Of a DNA stretch of 64,000 bases, positions 28,410 through 42,084 are shown one piece after another. The notes beneath the pieces are model-generated. The model made no database searches. It was given only the letters and a program-made list of their open reading frames with translations, and was not told where the DNA came from. Every line of letters starts with the position of its first letter. The first letter of the stretch is position 1. This DNA is from the human T2T-CHM13v2.0 reference genome, Homo sapiens, in NCBI RefSeq assembly GCF_009914755.1, contig NC_060930.1. The stretch is one strand, 5' to 3'. The translations under genes and the position numbers were made by a program.

Positions 28410-31328
28410 GAGTGGGGGCTGGCAAGATGGCCAAATAGGAGTAGCTCTGGTCTGCAGCTCCCAGTGAGATCAATGCAGAAGGCAGGTGATTTCTGCATTT
28501 CCGAATGAGGTACCTGGCTCATTTCACTGGGACTGGTTAGACTGGGTGCAGCCCAAGGAGGGCAAGCCAAAGCAGGGTGGGGTGTCACCTCACCCAGGAA
28601 GCACTAGGGGTTGGGGAGCTCCCTCCCCTAGCCAAGGGAAGCTGTGAGGGACTGTGCCCTAAGGAATGGTATATTCAAGCCCAGAAACTATGCTTTTTCC
28701 ACGGTCTTCACAACCTGCAGAGCAGGAGATTCCCTCAGGTGCCTACACCACCAGGACCCTGGGTTTCAAGCACAAAACTGGGTGGCCGTTTGGGCAGACA
28801 CTGAGCTAGCTGCAGGATTTGTTTTTGTTTTTTTTTCATGTCCCAGTGGTGATTGAAACACCAGTGAGACAGAACCATTCATTCCCCTGGAAAGGGGGCT
28901 GAAGCCAGGGAGCCAAGTGTTCTAGCTCAGTGGATCCCACCCCCATGGAGCCCAGCAAACTAAGATCCACTGGCTTGAAATTCTCGCTGCCAGCACAGCA
29001 GTCTGAAGTTGACCTGGGATGCTTGTGCTTGGTGGGAGGAGGGGCATCCACCATTACTGAAGTGTGAGTAGGCAGGTTTTCCCCTCACAGTGTAAACAAA
29101 GCTACTGGGAAGTTTGAACTGGGCAGAGCCCACCAGAGCTCAGCAAAGATGCTGTAGCCAGACTCTCTCTAGATTCCTCCTCTCTGGATAGGGCATCTCT
29201 GAAAGGCAGCAGCCCTAGTCAGGGGCTTATAGATAAAACTCCCATCTCCCTGGGACAGAGCACCTGGGGGAAGGGGCGGCTGTGGGCGCAGCTTCAGCAG
29301 ACTTAAACATTCCTGCCTACCAACTCAGAAGGCAGCAGCCAATCTCCCAGCACACACTCGAGGTCTGCTTAGGGACAGACTGCCTCCTCAAGTGGGTCCC
29401 TGACCCCTGTGCCTCCTGACTAAGAGACACCTCCCAGCAGGGGTCGACAGACACCTCACACAGGAGAGCTCTGGCTGGCATCTGGTGGGTGCCCCTCTGG
29501 GACAAAGCTTCCAGAGGAAGGAACAGGCAGCAATCTTTGCTGTTCTGCAGCCTCTGCTGGTGATACCCAGGCAAATAGGGTCTGGAGTGGACCTCCAGTA
29601 AACTCCGGCAGACCTGCAGCAGAGGGGCCTGACAGTTAGAAGGAAAACTAACAAACAGAAAGGAATAGCATCAACATCAACCAAAAGAACGTCCACACAG
29701 AAACCCCATCTGAAGGTCACCAACATCAAAGACCAAAGGTAGATAAATCCATGAAGATGAGGAAAAACCACTGCAAAAAGGCTGAAAATTCCAAAATTCC
29801 AAAATACCTCTTCTCCTCCAAAGGATCACAACTCCTTGTCAGCAAGGAAACAAAAGCGGATGGAGAATGAGTTTGACGAATTGACAGAAGTAGGCTTCAG
29901 AAGGTGAGTAATAACAAACTCCTCTGAGCTAAAGGAACATGTTCTAACCCAATGCAAGGAAGCTTTAAGAACCTTGAAAAAAGGTTAGAGGAATTGCTAA
30001 CTAGAATACCCAGTTTAGAGAAGAACATAAATGACCTGATGGAGCTGAAAAACACAGCATGAGAACTTCGTGAAGCATACACAACTATCAATAGATGAAT
30101 CAATCACGTGGAAGAAAGGAAATCAGAGATTGAAGATCAACTTAATGAAATAAAGCATGAAGACAAGATTAGAGAAAAAGAATGAAAAGAAATGATAAAG
30201 ACTCCAAGAAATATGGGACTATGTTGGAAAACAGTCTTCAGGATATTATCCAGGAGAGCATCCCCAACCTAGCAAGACAGGTTAACATTCAAATTCAGGA
30301 AATACAGAGAACACCATAGAGATATTCCTCCAGAAGAGCAACCCCAAGATACATAATTGTCAGATTCACCAAGGTTGAAATTCAGGAAAAAATGGTAAGG
30401 GCAGCCAGAGAGAAAGGTCTGGTTACCCACAAAGGGAAGCCCATCAGACTAATAGCAGATCTCTCTGCAGAAACCCTAAGAGCCAGAAGAGAGGGGGCCA
30501 ATATTCAACATTCTTAAAGAAAAGAATTTTCAACCCAGAATTTCATATCCAGACAAACTAAGTTAATCATATCCAGCCATAAGCGAAGGAGAAATAAAAT
30601 CCTTTACAGACAAGCAAATGCTGAGAGATTTTGTCACCACCAGGCCTGCCTTACAAAATCTCCTGAAGGAAGCACTAAATATGGAAAGGAAAAACTGTTA
30701 CTAGTCACTACAAAAACAGCAAATTGTAAAGCCCACAGACACTATGAAGAAACTGCATCAAGTAATGGGCAACATAACCAGCTAGCATCATAATGACAGG
30801 ATGAAATTCACACATAGCAATATTAACCTTAAATGTAAATGGGCTAAATGTCCCAATTAAAAGACACAGACTGGCAAATTGGATAGTCAAGACCCATCAG
30901 TGTGGTGTATTCAGGAGACCCACCTCATGTGGAGAGACACACATAGTCTCAAAATAAAGGGATGGAGGAATATTTACCAAGCAAATGGAAAGCAAAAAAA
31001 AAAGCAGGCATTGCAATCGTAGTCTCTGATAAAACAGACTTTAAACCAACAAAGATCAAGACAAAGAAGGGCATTAAATAATGGTAAAGGAATCAATGCA
31101 ACAAGAAGAGCTAATGAGCTAACTATCCTAAATATATATGCACCCAAACAGGAGCACCCAGATTCATAAAGCAAGTTCTTAGAGACCTACGAAGACACTT
31201 AGACTCCCACAATAATAGTGGGAGACTTTAACACCGCACTGTCAATATTAGACAGGTCAATGAGACAGAACATTAACAAGGATATTCAGGACTTGAACTC
31301 AGGTCTGGACCAAGTCGACCTAATAGAC
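28410..31328 (+). mobile_element. L1PA (L1PA7/8-like) 5' part: 5'UTR, disrupted ORF1, start of ORF2 endonuclease
   Basis: ggcaagatggccaaatagga 5' end; ORF1 remnants; atgacagga ORF2 start near 30793; EN motif GDFNT in ORF 31218..31451; ends abruptly at gacctaatagac. Confidence 0.92.
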
Positions 31329-31891
31329 CTAAAATCACTTGCATGTGTGCAAAAGAAAGCCACAGAATGTGTGTCAGCATTGTTTATAGTCATAGGAAAT
31401 TTCAAACATGTGTACTTTGTAAATCATAGGACAATAATAAATTATTTGTGACATATTCCAATAATGGAAAGCTCCACTGCAGTTTGAATGAATGACGTGA
31501 AAGAAGATGCATCAAAACAAATAGAAATAAAAATGTATTGTGTTGGATAAAAGGCAAGTTACATCATCATTATATAAAGTGTTTGATGTTAATTTTGTAC
31601 ATTTTAATTTATATACACTACACAGAGTATAAATTTTAATGTATGTATATACATATATAAATGTTAGTTTATATGTATGTAAATATATAATTTATTTTTG
31701 ATTAATTATAATTAAGAATAAAGAATACAGCATATAAACATAATTTTCTATAGTGTGTTATATATAGTACTTATATTAAGTATAAAATTTAATTTAAATA
31801 CAGTATGAACTTATATCTTTTAAGTTTATGCGTTATGTGCATATGAATATGTAATAAAACTGTGAAATACATGTAGAAGAGTAAGAAAAAA
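31329..31891. other. Non-L1PA segment (old L1ME-like 3' fragment plus AT-rich DNA) between the two L1PA parts
   Basis: Loss of L1PA similarity; cacttgcatgtgtgcaaaag...cagcattgtttatag resembles an old L1M 3' end. Confidence 0.6.
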
Positions 31892-33815
31892 AGAAAACCC
31901 CATCGTCTCAGCCCAAAAATCCCTTAAGCAAATAAGCAACTTCAGCAAAGTCCCAGGATACAAAATCAATGTGCAAAAATAACGAGCATTCCTATACAGC
32001 AATAATAGACAAATAGCCAAATCATAAGTGAACTTTCATTCACAATTGCTACAAAGAAAATAAAACACCTAGGAATACAACTTACAAGGGATGTGAAAGA
32101 CCTCTTCAAGGAGAACTACAAACCACTGCTCAAGGAAATAAGAGAGGACACAAACAAATGGAAAAACACTCCGTGCTCACGGATAAGAAGAAACAATATC
32201 GTGAAAATGGCCATACTGCCTCAAGTAATTTCTAGATTCAATGCTATCCCCATCAAGCTACCATTGACTTTCTTCACAGAATTAGAAAAAAACACTTCAA
32301 ATTTCACATGGAACCAAAAAAAGCCCATATAGCCAAGACAATCTTAAGCAAAAAGAACATAGCTGGAGGCGCCATGCTACCTGACTTCAAACTATACTAC
32401 AAGGGTACAGTAACCAAAACAGCATGGCACTGGTACCAAAACAGATGTATAGACCAATGGAATGGAACAGAGCCCTCAGAAATAACACCACACATCCATA
32501 ACCATCTGATTTTTGACAAACTTGACAAAAACAAGCAGTAGGGAAAGGATTCCCAACTGAATAAATGGTGTTGGGAAAACTTGCTAGCCATATGCAGAAA
32601 ACTGAAACTGGACCCCTTCCTTAAACTTTGTACAAAAATTAACTCAAGATGGATTAAAGACTTAAACGTAAGACCTAAATCCATAAAAACTCTAGAAGAA
32701 AACCTAAGCAATACCATTCAGGACATAGGCTTGGGCAAAGACTTCATGACTAAAACACCAAAAATAATGGCAACAAAAGCCAAAATTGACAAATGGGATC
32801 TAATTAAACTAAAGAGCTTCTGCACAGCAAAAGAAACGATCATCGGAGTGAACAGGCAACCTACAGAATGGGAGAAAATTTTTGCAATCTATCCATCTGG
32901 CAAAGGGCTAGTATCCAGAATCTAGAAGGAACTTAACCAAATTTACAAGAAGAAAACAACCCCATCAAAAAGTGGGCAAAGAATACGAACAGACACTTCT
33001 CAAAAGAAGACATTTATGCAGCCAGCAAACACGTGAGAAAAAGCTCATCATCACTGGTCATTAGAGAGATGCAAATCAAAACCACAACGAGATACCATCT
33101 CACGCCAGTTAGAATGGTGATCATTAAAAAGTCAGGAAACAACAGATGCTGGAGAGGATGTGGAGAAATAGGAACACTTTTACACTGCTGGTGAAGGTGT
33201 AAATTAGTTCAACCATTGTGGAAGACAGTGTGGTGATTCCTCAAGGATCTAGGACCAGAAATACCATTTGAAACAGCGATCCTATTACTGGGTGTATACC
33301 CGAAGGATTATATATCACTGTACTATAAAGACACATGCACATGCATGTTTATGGCAGCACTATTCACAATAGCAAAGACTTGGAACCAACCCAAATGTCC
33401 ATCAGTGATAGACTGGAAAAAGAAAATGTGGCACATATACACCATGGAATACTATGCAGCCATAAAAAAGGATGAGTTCATGTCCTTTGCAGGGACATGG
33501 ATGAAGCTGGAAATCATCATTCTCAGCAAACTAACTCAGGGACAGAAAACCAAACACCGCATCTTCTCATTCATAAGTGGGAGTTGAACAATTTGAGAAC
33601 ACATGGACACAGGGAGGAGAACACCACACAATGGGGCCTGTTGTGGGGTGGGGAGCTAGGGGAGGGATAGCATTAGGAGAAATACCTAATGTAGGTGATG
33701 GGTTGATGGGTGCAGCAAACCACCATGGTATGTGTATACCTATGTAAGAAACCTGCACATTCTGCATATGTATCCCAGAACTTAAAGTATAATTAAAAAG
33801 AAAAGAAAAGAAAAA
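31892..33815 (+). mobile_element. L1PA 3' part: ORF2 C-terminal remnants, 3'UTR, A-rich tail
   Basis: ORF2 peptides ([51 protein letters not shown]); ends cttaaagtataattaaaaagaaaag. Confidence 0.95.
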
Positions 33816-33989
33816 TGCAACCTGTGTAAGTAGAGAAATTTCACAAAGTAATAGCTAAATGTGTACCACACCTGTGTTTTAGGGAGCTTGGTTGTTTTTA
33901 AAAATAATTTGGAATCAATACTTTAAACCCTGTTTTATTATTTACCATTATTTCTCACAATCAATATATCACATACATATATACTTGTT

Positions 33990-34150
33990 TATTTGCTTAC
34001 TGTTATCTTTGCTTCACTGGGATATAAGTTCCATGAAATGAAGAACTTTGGACTTGTTCACTGCTAAATCTGCAGTACATAGAACAGTGCCAACATACAG
34101 AGGGATCTTAGAATATATTTGTTGAATATATGAATAAGTGAACGAGTAAA
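33990..34150 (+). mobile_element. L2 3' end remnant within the transduced segment
   Basis: gatataagttccatga...cttgttcactgct...agaacagtgcc...atatttgttgaatatatgaat. Confidence 0.6.
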
Positions 34151-34256
34151 TTTCACTTGGCATCTTTTTTTCTTTTTACTTATCATGTTTTGAGGATTTC
34201 TCCATGTTACTAAAGAGTAAAATACCTTTTTAAGGAAGAAATCATGGTGTACCTAC

Positions 34257-34580
34257 TGATATACTTTGGCAGTGTCCCCACCCAAATCTCATCTCAAATT
34301 GTAATCACCATAATCCACACATGTAGAGAAAGGAACCCAGTGGGAGGTGATTGGATCATGGTGATGGTTTGGTTTCCCTCATGCTGTTCTTGTGATAGTG
34401 AGTTCTCACGAGATCTGATGGTTTTATAAGGGGCTCTTCCCTGTTCGCTCCTCACTCTTCCCTCTCCTGCCACCTTGTGAAGAAGGAGGTGTTTGCTTCC
34501 ACTTCTGCCATGATTATAAGTTTCCTGAGGCCTCCCCAGGCATGTGAAACTGTGAGTCAATTAAACCTCTTTCCTCCATT
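34257..34580 (+). mobile_element. THE1-type LTR truncated at its poly(A) site (U5 missing)
   Basis: Starts tgatatactttggcagtgtccccacccaaatctcatc; stops 15 nt after ATTAAA (34560-34565); followed by an (AAC)n tail instead of the ...ctaataca end. Confidence 0.9.
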
Positions 34581-37500
34581 AAAACAACAACAACAACAAA
34601 ATGCTCCAAACAACTGGGGAATGTTAGGGAAAATATTCCAAGAAAAAGAAGGGCCCAAGGTGATTACTGTATTTTCCTTTTAGAAGGATAATGGGAAGCC
34701 CATTGAAATTCTTTTCTGGTGAAGCTGCTTTTCACTTACAAATGACTTGACAGAAAACTCAAGTTTACAAAAAGAAAATGGCAGTTAATGTTAAGATGAC
34801 TGCAAGTATAATTTGTAGAATCACTTGAGAAAAAAGTGAGTTTTTGATATGAGTTACTGAAGTGTATCTCTGGATATTATTTGGGGCTCCTTGGAGTAAC
34901 AGAGGGAAATGATGTAGAAATGAAACTATAGGGTTTGGCCATGAGGCTGCCTCACAGCACTTGCATCAATTACATTTGTTAATTTCATCCATCCTTCGAC
35001 TTATATTCATTAATTAATTCATTCATTTGTTTGCAAGTGTTTCAATGTGTCCTGAGAAGTATGACCATTGCAAAAACTACAATAACAAAAATAGAGTCAT
35101 GAACTGTGTTTTCTTTTAATGGAAGTAAGTAATAACCATGTTTATTATAATAGGTCCCCTTGAGTTGCACTTAGTATTTAATATTTTTAAAGTCAAATAA
35201 TTCTGTTGCCATGACCTTTTTTCCCCTCCAGATCACTAAGAAACCAGAAATGTGTAAATTAAATGTACCAGTATCCAAAGCTATAGTATTTATATTTTTT
35301 GAAAAGAGTAATATTATTTGTTAGAGATCTTGTTCAGTCATTTATAAATAGTCACCTTTGTAAAGCAAGAAATAACCTTGTTTAAAAAACCACTGACATT
35401 GTTGTTCTATTGTCAGCTGCTGGTAATTGAAAATGTGTTTCTGCCAGTTCTACCTAAGATGGAATGTAATTCCTTCTAAGATCTTGATCTTAAATTGGTA
35501 GCAAGAAAGCCAAAAAGGAAAAGCAAGAAGTCTTTGCTTGTTCTTTGCATGAGTAATTTTGTACTGCCCTTTCTGATAATGTGAGTTATTATTCTTACCG
35601 ACTCTTGGAAGGCAGCAGTAGGCTTCTATTTTTTTTTTTTTTTTGCAGCTCTGTTTTACTCAATTGATATGGAAGTGGGTCTCTGCCTGGCTTTGGAACA
35701 CACATTTGTAATGTTTATTTTAAAATAAAATCCAGATTGCTTTGTTAGAACAAGCATCTATACACAGTAAATAGCTGAAGTCTTGCCACAGTCTCCTCAG
35801 CTTCGCTGCTCCTGAGAGACCACAAACTTGTCCTGGAACATGTGTAACCTAATAGCCCAGAGTATAACAATGATGACAGGGAATCAGTCTTGGTCTCAAA
35901 ATATATTGATCTGGGATAATCTTAACTGTTACCAGCCTCGATTAGATAACTACCCAAATCTAATATTTCAGAATGATCACAGTCTGCCATGCTTATCTAT
36001 ATTTCAAGGAATGCAAACAGAATTTTAATTACATTTGTAACACTGCCTGAGGTAATCATATCACAGAAAATACTGAAGAGCTCTTCTAAAATTCATATTT
36101 TTTTCCTGTTGGAGGAAATACAGAGGACAGCTGGAAGTAAGAGTAAAATTCTTTCTTAATCATCAGAGAATTTGAAAAATAAACAAACAAGTTGATTTGG
36201 GGGAGATGATACCTTCTCATCAACCAAGTACAAGGAGCAACTTAATCTTGGAGTTGGGATAAGTTTATGAGGTCACATAGGCAATTTTTTTCACTAGAGC
36301 TCCAACTCCATCTGTATTATTTTGAATAGAGGTCGCCCTGACTCTCACCACTTCTAGAGATTGGGAATTTACTATTTAGCAATGCAGTTTGGCCAATCCC
36401 ATTTCTAAAGCACTCTAAATGTTAAGAGAGTTCCTTATATTGAGGCAAAAAAAATTAGCTTCCTCTGGAACTTCTTTTTATTGTTCTTTGTGCTGTCCTG
36501 TGGAATTAACCGAATACATCTAATTAACTCCTGTTTCACATGACAGTCTTTCAAATATTTGATGATACCTACCATGACCAGTGTTTGGTCCAGTGGTGTT
36601 AATTTTCTTTCCTTTGATTTCCTGCACACGGCAGGGATGTAGGAATGGGGTTAACTTCTTTCTCCTTTTTCTTTTTAAATCACAAAGGTGTCCTTTAAAA
36701 GGGCTACTCTTGCATTGCCTTTGTATAGGCTCTTAGCTAAATTAAGTACCATGCTTACTTTAGCCCTTCAATATATGTGATATTTTATATCAAACTGCAT
36801 ATGTATTTTGATGTTTAAAATTTCTGGTCATTAGGCATATAAGCATTTGGATTTTTAAACAAAGGATCATCTTGATGATACCATGTATGAAATTAGCACA
36901 CTGATTACAGTGAAGTTTAAAAATTAGAACCTCATATGCCATAGTTTGTTGACTTATTTAAAATTAGTTCATGTGGCATACAGATGGTAGAAATACAAAT
37001 CTGAAGCTGAACCATCATATGTTCAACTGCTTCAAGATATTGTGATAAATAAGAAGCAGTACTTAGCGAACTCAATCTATCAGTTAGTAGAGGGAAGACA
37101 GGTAGGTGGGTGTCAGACATGTAGTATGTTTTTCCCAAAGATGAAAATAAACTTATGGTGCATGTCTGGGAAGTTTTCCTGGTAAGCTCATTTGCTGAGA
37201 CATTCTGACATCCACAAGTTGTTGTAGATGACTGTATGAATTAACTGAGCCTGCAGATGCTTCTCTGAAGCCAGAAACTCCGTGCTATGCACCCATGCAA
37301 CATGAAGTGGGAGAGCAGTGGCATGAACTGGGAAATGTCAAAAGGCAACTTTTCAAGTTCTAGATCTTGACGGAGGCTGGACATTCATGAGACTAACGGA
37401 ATTATGGATTGCACTGTATGTAAACCGGATCTCACCTGGAAAATAAAGAAACCAAATCAAATAAATGTTATAGGGAACTTTCTGAAACCACACTACAATA

Positions 37501-40460
37501 TCCAGATGTGGCTTTGTTTCTTTGCAAGTGAATCGTTGCAATGTGGTTTTTCAAATGCTGGTATCTAAAGACCAAATTCTCAAAACTTTGGGAACAAGGA
37601 AAGGAGGAAACTTTAATTTATCATGGACCTTTCACACATTCAAAGGATAAAACTTGATTCTCTGGCTGCAGTGGTGCATAAATCCCATAAAGCTAGTCAG
37701 CCATTGGCTAATATTCTAAAATCCCTAAAGCACCAGTTAGAGTGGGAGAAAGAAGTCCCATTTAACTGGGCATCTAAGATGCTTTACTGATAAAGCAGGA
37801 CCAACAACTCTATCTGAGGCATTGCAGCATCGAGTTCCCCTGAAACTAATGGGATCATTGTACTTTATTAGCCTTTCTTACAAAGCGTCCGTTTAATGAA
37901 GCTTTGGTAGGAATTAACTTTTTTTTTTTCCTTTTGATGCCCAAAGAACTATCTAGTTAAGGTCATTCCACTTAAAAGCATTTTTTCTCATTACTCAAAT
38001 GAATCAACAAAATAGAAGTCTCAACTTCTTGCCTCAATAGGATGGTCCAGTCCCAAATGGGAGCACTGGATAAACAATGCATGAAGAGCACATAGAAAAT
38101 AGCAGAACTTTGAGTTTCCTGAAGCAACTGTAACTACAGTCTCATAAAGAAGAATGATTATGGAAAATGTTCAGTCAGATAAAGCTGGAAGCTCAAGGAT
38201 GACAATTCTCTTTCATACAACATTGTACATAAGTCTATAATGTTCTCTTTTTAAGTGGTATTTAAAAATGGAGTAAAAGCCATATGAACATTTCATGTTT
38301 TTAAAGGTTTACCTCAATCAGAATTTTGGAATGCATGATGAAATATTAATTTAAAACCATGATAAGTTTGGTTAATTTTAATTAATTTAAAACCATTATG
38401 ATTTGTAGCTAGATGTTTTATATGGTCTCCACCTACATTTTGGAGCTAAAAAGCTAAGAAATTAAGAAATATCAAATATCAATCAAATATCAGTCATCAA
38501 ATGTGCATGTAATAGTGCAAAATAAGAAAGAAATAGATGACAAGGTTCTTATTTCAAAGCTATTATAATCCAGGTAGGAGAATGAAATGAACACACATAG
38601 TCAACATCTAAGTGATAATGAGATAGGCATACAGTTTAATGCTAGGGGGGCATAAAAGCTAAGAAGTGATGTGTCTGCATGGGCTACAGTTGTCATGGAC
38701 CATGTAATGTAGATAAGGTTCTTCAGGACCTGGAGCATGGAAAATTGGAATTGATGGGGATGAGGAAAAAGAGCACTTTTCTAGATAGCTTTTTGGAATG
38801 GCAGTGATGGGGCGGGACTTGTTGATGCAGAAGAACAGGGGGAGCTATTAATAGGTTAGAGAAGAAATGTGATGGAGGCCCTAAGTGCCTCCATCCAGTC
38901 CAATGTGAGAAGTAACAGACAACTTTGGGACATACTGAGCAAGGAGGCAATGGGATCGCGGTGGGTAGAGGAGGCTGGGTAGCACAGGGGAACCAGCCCG
39001 ACTTATCCCTCAATCCCCAGAGTCCAGGTAAAGCTCAGTGTCTGCATCTCATGACCAGGATTCCACAGGACCAGCCACATAACACTTCCACATTGAGCAA
39101 TGTGAAAAAAAAAATGCAGTTGCATTTGAAGAACTAGAAATCATTACTCACGTATAAGATGCTCGTGTTTTCATATGATGCTGGCAGTAGTGTTGACAGA
39201 AATAAAGGTTGCGAGGAGGTTGTTCAGAGCATTCATGTGTAAGCAGATGAGGATCAGGACCATGTTTATTAATGACTCAGGATGAAACTGAAGACTTAAA
39301 TATAGAAATCGGAATTATTGGGTCCTGCTGTATTCTCACTTCTGATTTCCATCTAATGAGGTAAACATCTTTCCGGCTTTATTAGTCTCAAAATATACTT
39401 CAGGTCATAAACTTGTGACTTTTCATCAGTTGGTATGTTATGTAAATGCCATTTGTTATAATTTGCTCAATTATTGCCTAGCAAAATACCACACAACTAA
39501 TACTCAACAAAATGCTAATTGATAACAACTGTGATTATGTCTAACAAAAATAAACATTCGAATAAAGTTCTTACCATTAAAATAAGCTCAATACCCCCCT
39601 TAATAGTAGTAAGTTAATAACACTCTAATTTTTTTACATTTTCATTTGAGGGAGGAAAGTGAGAGATGTTTCAAATCTATGTTGCTCATCAGGCCTTGCA
39701 TAGGAAGAGGGGAAGTACATTTTAAGGTTCACTTTTGCTTGATCAGCCAAGAGAATGGAGATGATAATGATAAAGCCTTATAAAAAGAAAGTGAATATTT
39801 TATCCCTAAAAGAAAACCAGCAAGACAACTTTTAAAAAATTCCATTAGGAAAGGAAGATAAGCAAAGTCTTGTTTCAAATCTATATAAACTGCAGTCAGG
39901 CTGATAGTTGGCAGCATAATTTGATGGCCTCTGTATATTTGCACACATACTGTTAGCAGCGAAAAAAAAATCAGGTGTGTATGTTTTCTCTTTATTTCAG
40001 AGAATTCTATGAGTTTAAGGCTGGAAAAATCTATCACACGAGCTTGTGATAGCAATAAGAGATAAGAAGACAAGTAAGGGAAGGCCCTCCTGTAAAAAGT
40101 GCCTTGGAAATTTCTCATCACACCAAACTGATAAAAACTCAACATGCAGAGCACACTAAGAATAACAAGGTCTAAAATGAGATTCTATTTGCTCTGCAAT
40201 AGAACAATATTGGGTAGAGTCAGTTTGTAACAAAGGATGAGGTGGAGTGAGTGAGCAGAATAACAGGGAAATACCCTTAGTGAAAAAAAGACACAGTGAC
40301 AACAAATACCTCAGTGTCAGTGATGGGGCCCACTCCTAGAACAGTACTGAGATGCAAACCCGTTGGTGGGCCTCCTCTCTAAGCAGGACCCCAACGTTTC
40401 TATTCAAGAACCTTCCCAATTGTCTGTTCAGCACTTCTTGGCACTTTTTCATATGCCAAC

Positions 40461-40880
40461 TGTATGGGTCTCATCTTGTCCCCCTAAAAGATATGTTGAG
40501 GTTTGAACCCCAGTACCTGTGAATGTGACTTTATTTGGAAATAGAGACTTTGTTAAGCTGGGATCCTATTGGAGTGGTGCAGGCCTTTAATCCAATCTGA
40601 CCGGGATTCTTATCAGAAGAGACACAGGGAGAACGCCGTGTATCGATAAAGGCAGCGATTGATGTGGCTAGAAATCAAGCATTGCCAGGACTACAGGAGA
40701 AACGAAGAGAAAGGTATGAAACAGATTCTTCCCTAGAGACTTCATTCAGAGAGAGCGTGGCTGTGCCCACACCTTGATTTCATGTCTTCCAGCTTCCAGA
40801 ACAGTAAGACAAGACATTTCTGTTGTTTTTAGGCACCAGTTTTTAGTACTTTGTTATGGCAGCACAGCAAATGAATATAC
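40461..40880 (+). mobile_element. MLT1 (A/B/C-like) MaLR solo LTR
   Basis: cccagtacctgtgaatgtgactttatttggaaatag ... tactttgttatggcagc. Confidence 0.85.
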
Positions 40881-42084
40881 CAACCATGATTCATTATCAA
40901 TAGTCTGGTGTAAAAAATCTTGTTTTCCACAATGAGACAGCAACCTCCATGAAGGCAGCGTCCATGTACTATACGCTTCTTCTCTGAAGCATCTAGTTCA
41001 CTGTTACAATAGATACCAAGCCCTTCATTGTAACCACTAATGCCACGCAGTCTTCTGGAGTACAAAGTTAAGACTGCTGAACAGGTGGCAAATGGGTGCT
41101 AAAATCTGCTGGATGCTAATTGCTAAATGGATGAAGCCTCTGGAGTGGATTTGTTCTAAAGCAAATTGCTGTATATTTTACTTCGTAAGTGTTTTCTAAT
41201 GATTTCTATGTTGCCTGCTTCCATAAAATATTTTACTTGAGTGACACAACTAACAAGCATAAAACAGGACAATTAAAACAAAATGGAAAATGTTAGGGGT
41301 AAAAAAGAAGGATCAGAAAAGATGTAGTTTTAGCAACGTGATAGTTACTACAATTGAGAGCTAACTGTACCTCTGAGCTTACTGGCAGCCAAGGAAAAAA
41401 GGTTTTATGGTTGGTTTTGGATCAAAGGGAAAACATTTAACTTCACCTAAAAGATGAATTTTCTATTTCTCATAAAACCTATAAAAATTTGTATGTGAAG
41501 TCTTAAAGTAAATTTTTATGGAAACAATGTATAGTCAAGAAACTAAATTGTTAGTTTCTTTGACAATTATTTGTCAGAAGACTTCGATGCATTTTGCAAA
41601 TGGACATATTTTAAGTAACTCCTGAAAGGATATAGAGGATGTTTATGGATTTAGTCATTTATTCATCCCACAAAAATGTTTAAGTACCTAAAATGTGTGA
41701 GGTGTGAGGTGTTAAGACCTAGGTGCGATCCCTGTCCTCAACAAACTTTTTGATTGGTGAAAATACAATTCATAAGATAGAGATTGTAATGAAACATGGC
41801 ATTTCAATAACCAAAAAAATGAGCAAGGCATTGAGAAACACAGAACCTAGCTCAGGACATAACACTAGGATGTTATTTAAGGTAAGATTCGATGGGAGCT
41901 AAAATTACACAGTCCAGTTGCATTTTGTCCCAGTAGCTGGCAGGACTATTATAAATCGAGAGAAAAAAGCAGAGCTTAAAAATTTATGATCTGTTGGCCC
42001 AATCTCCAGTAGAGTGGCTTTTTTTGTTGTTGTTGTTCACACAATCATATAATACTTTTTGGCACGTTTGAATATTAAAAATAT

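Noticed and set aside
28370-33767. ORFs with L1 ORF1/ORF2 peptides
   Set aside because: Frameshifted, stop-interrupted L1 remnants lacking the RT core; not functional CDS
39729-40154. 141-aa minus-strand ORF
   Set aside because: F/L/S-rich composition expected from a T-rich strand; no ATG context or known similarity
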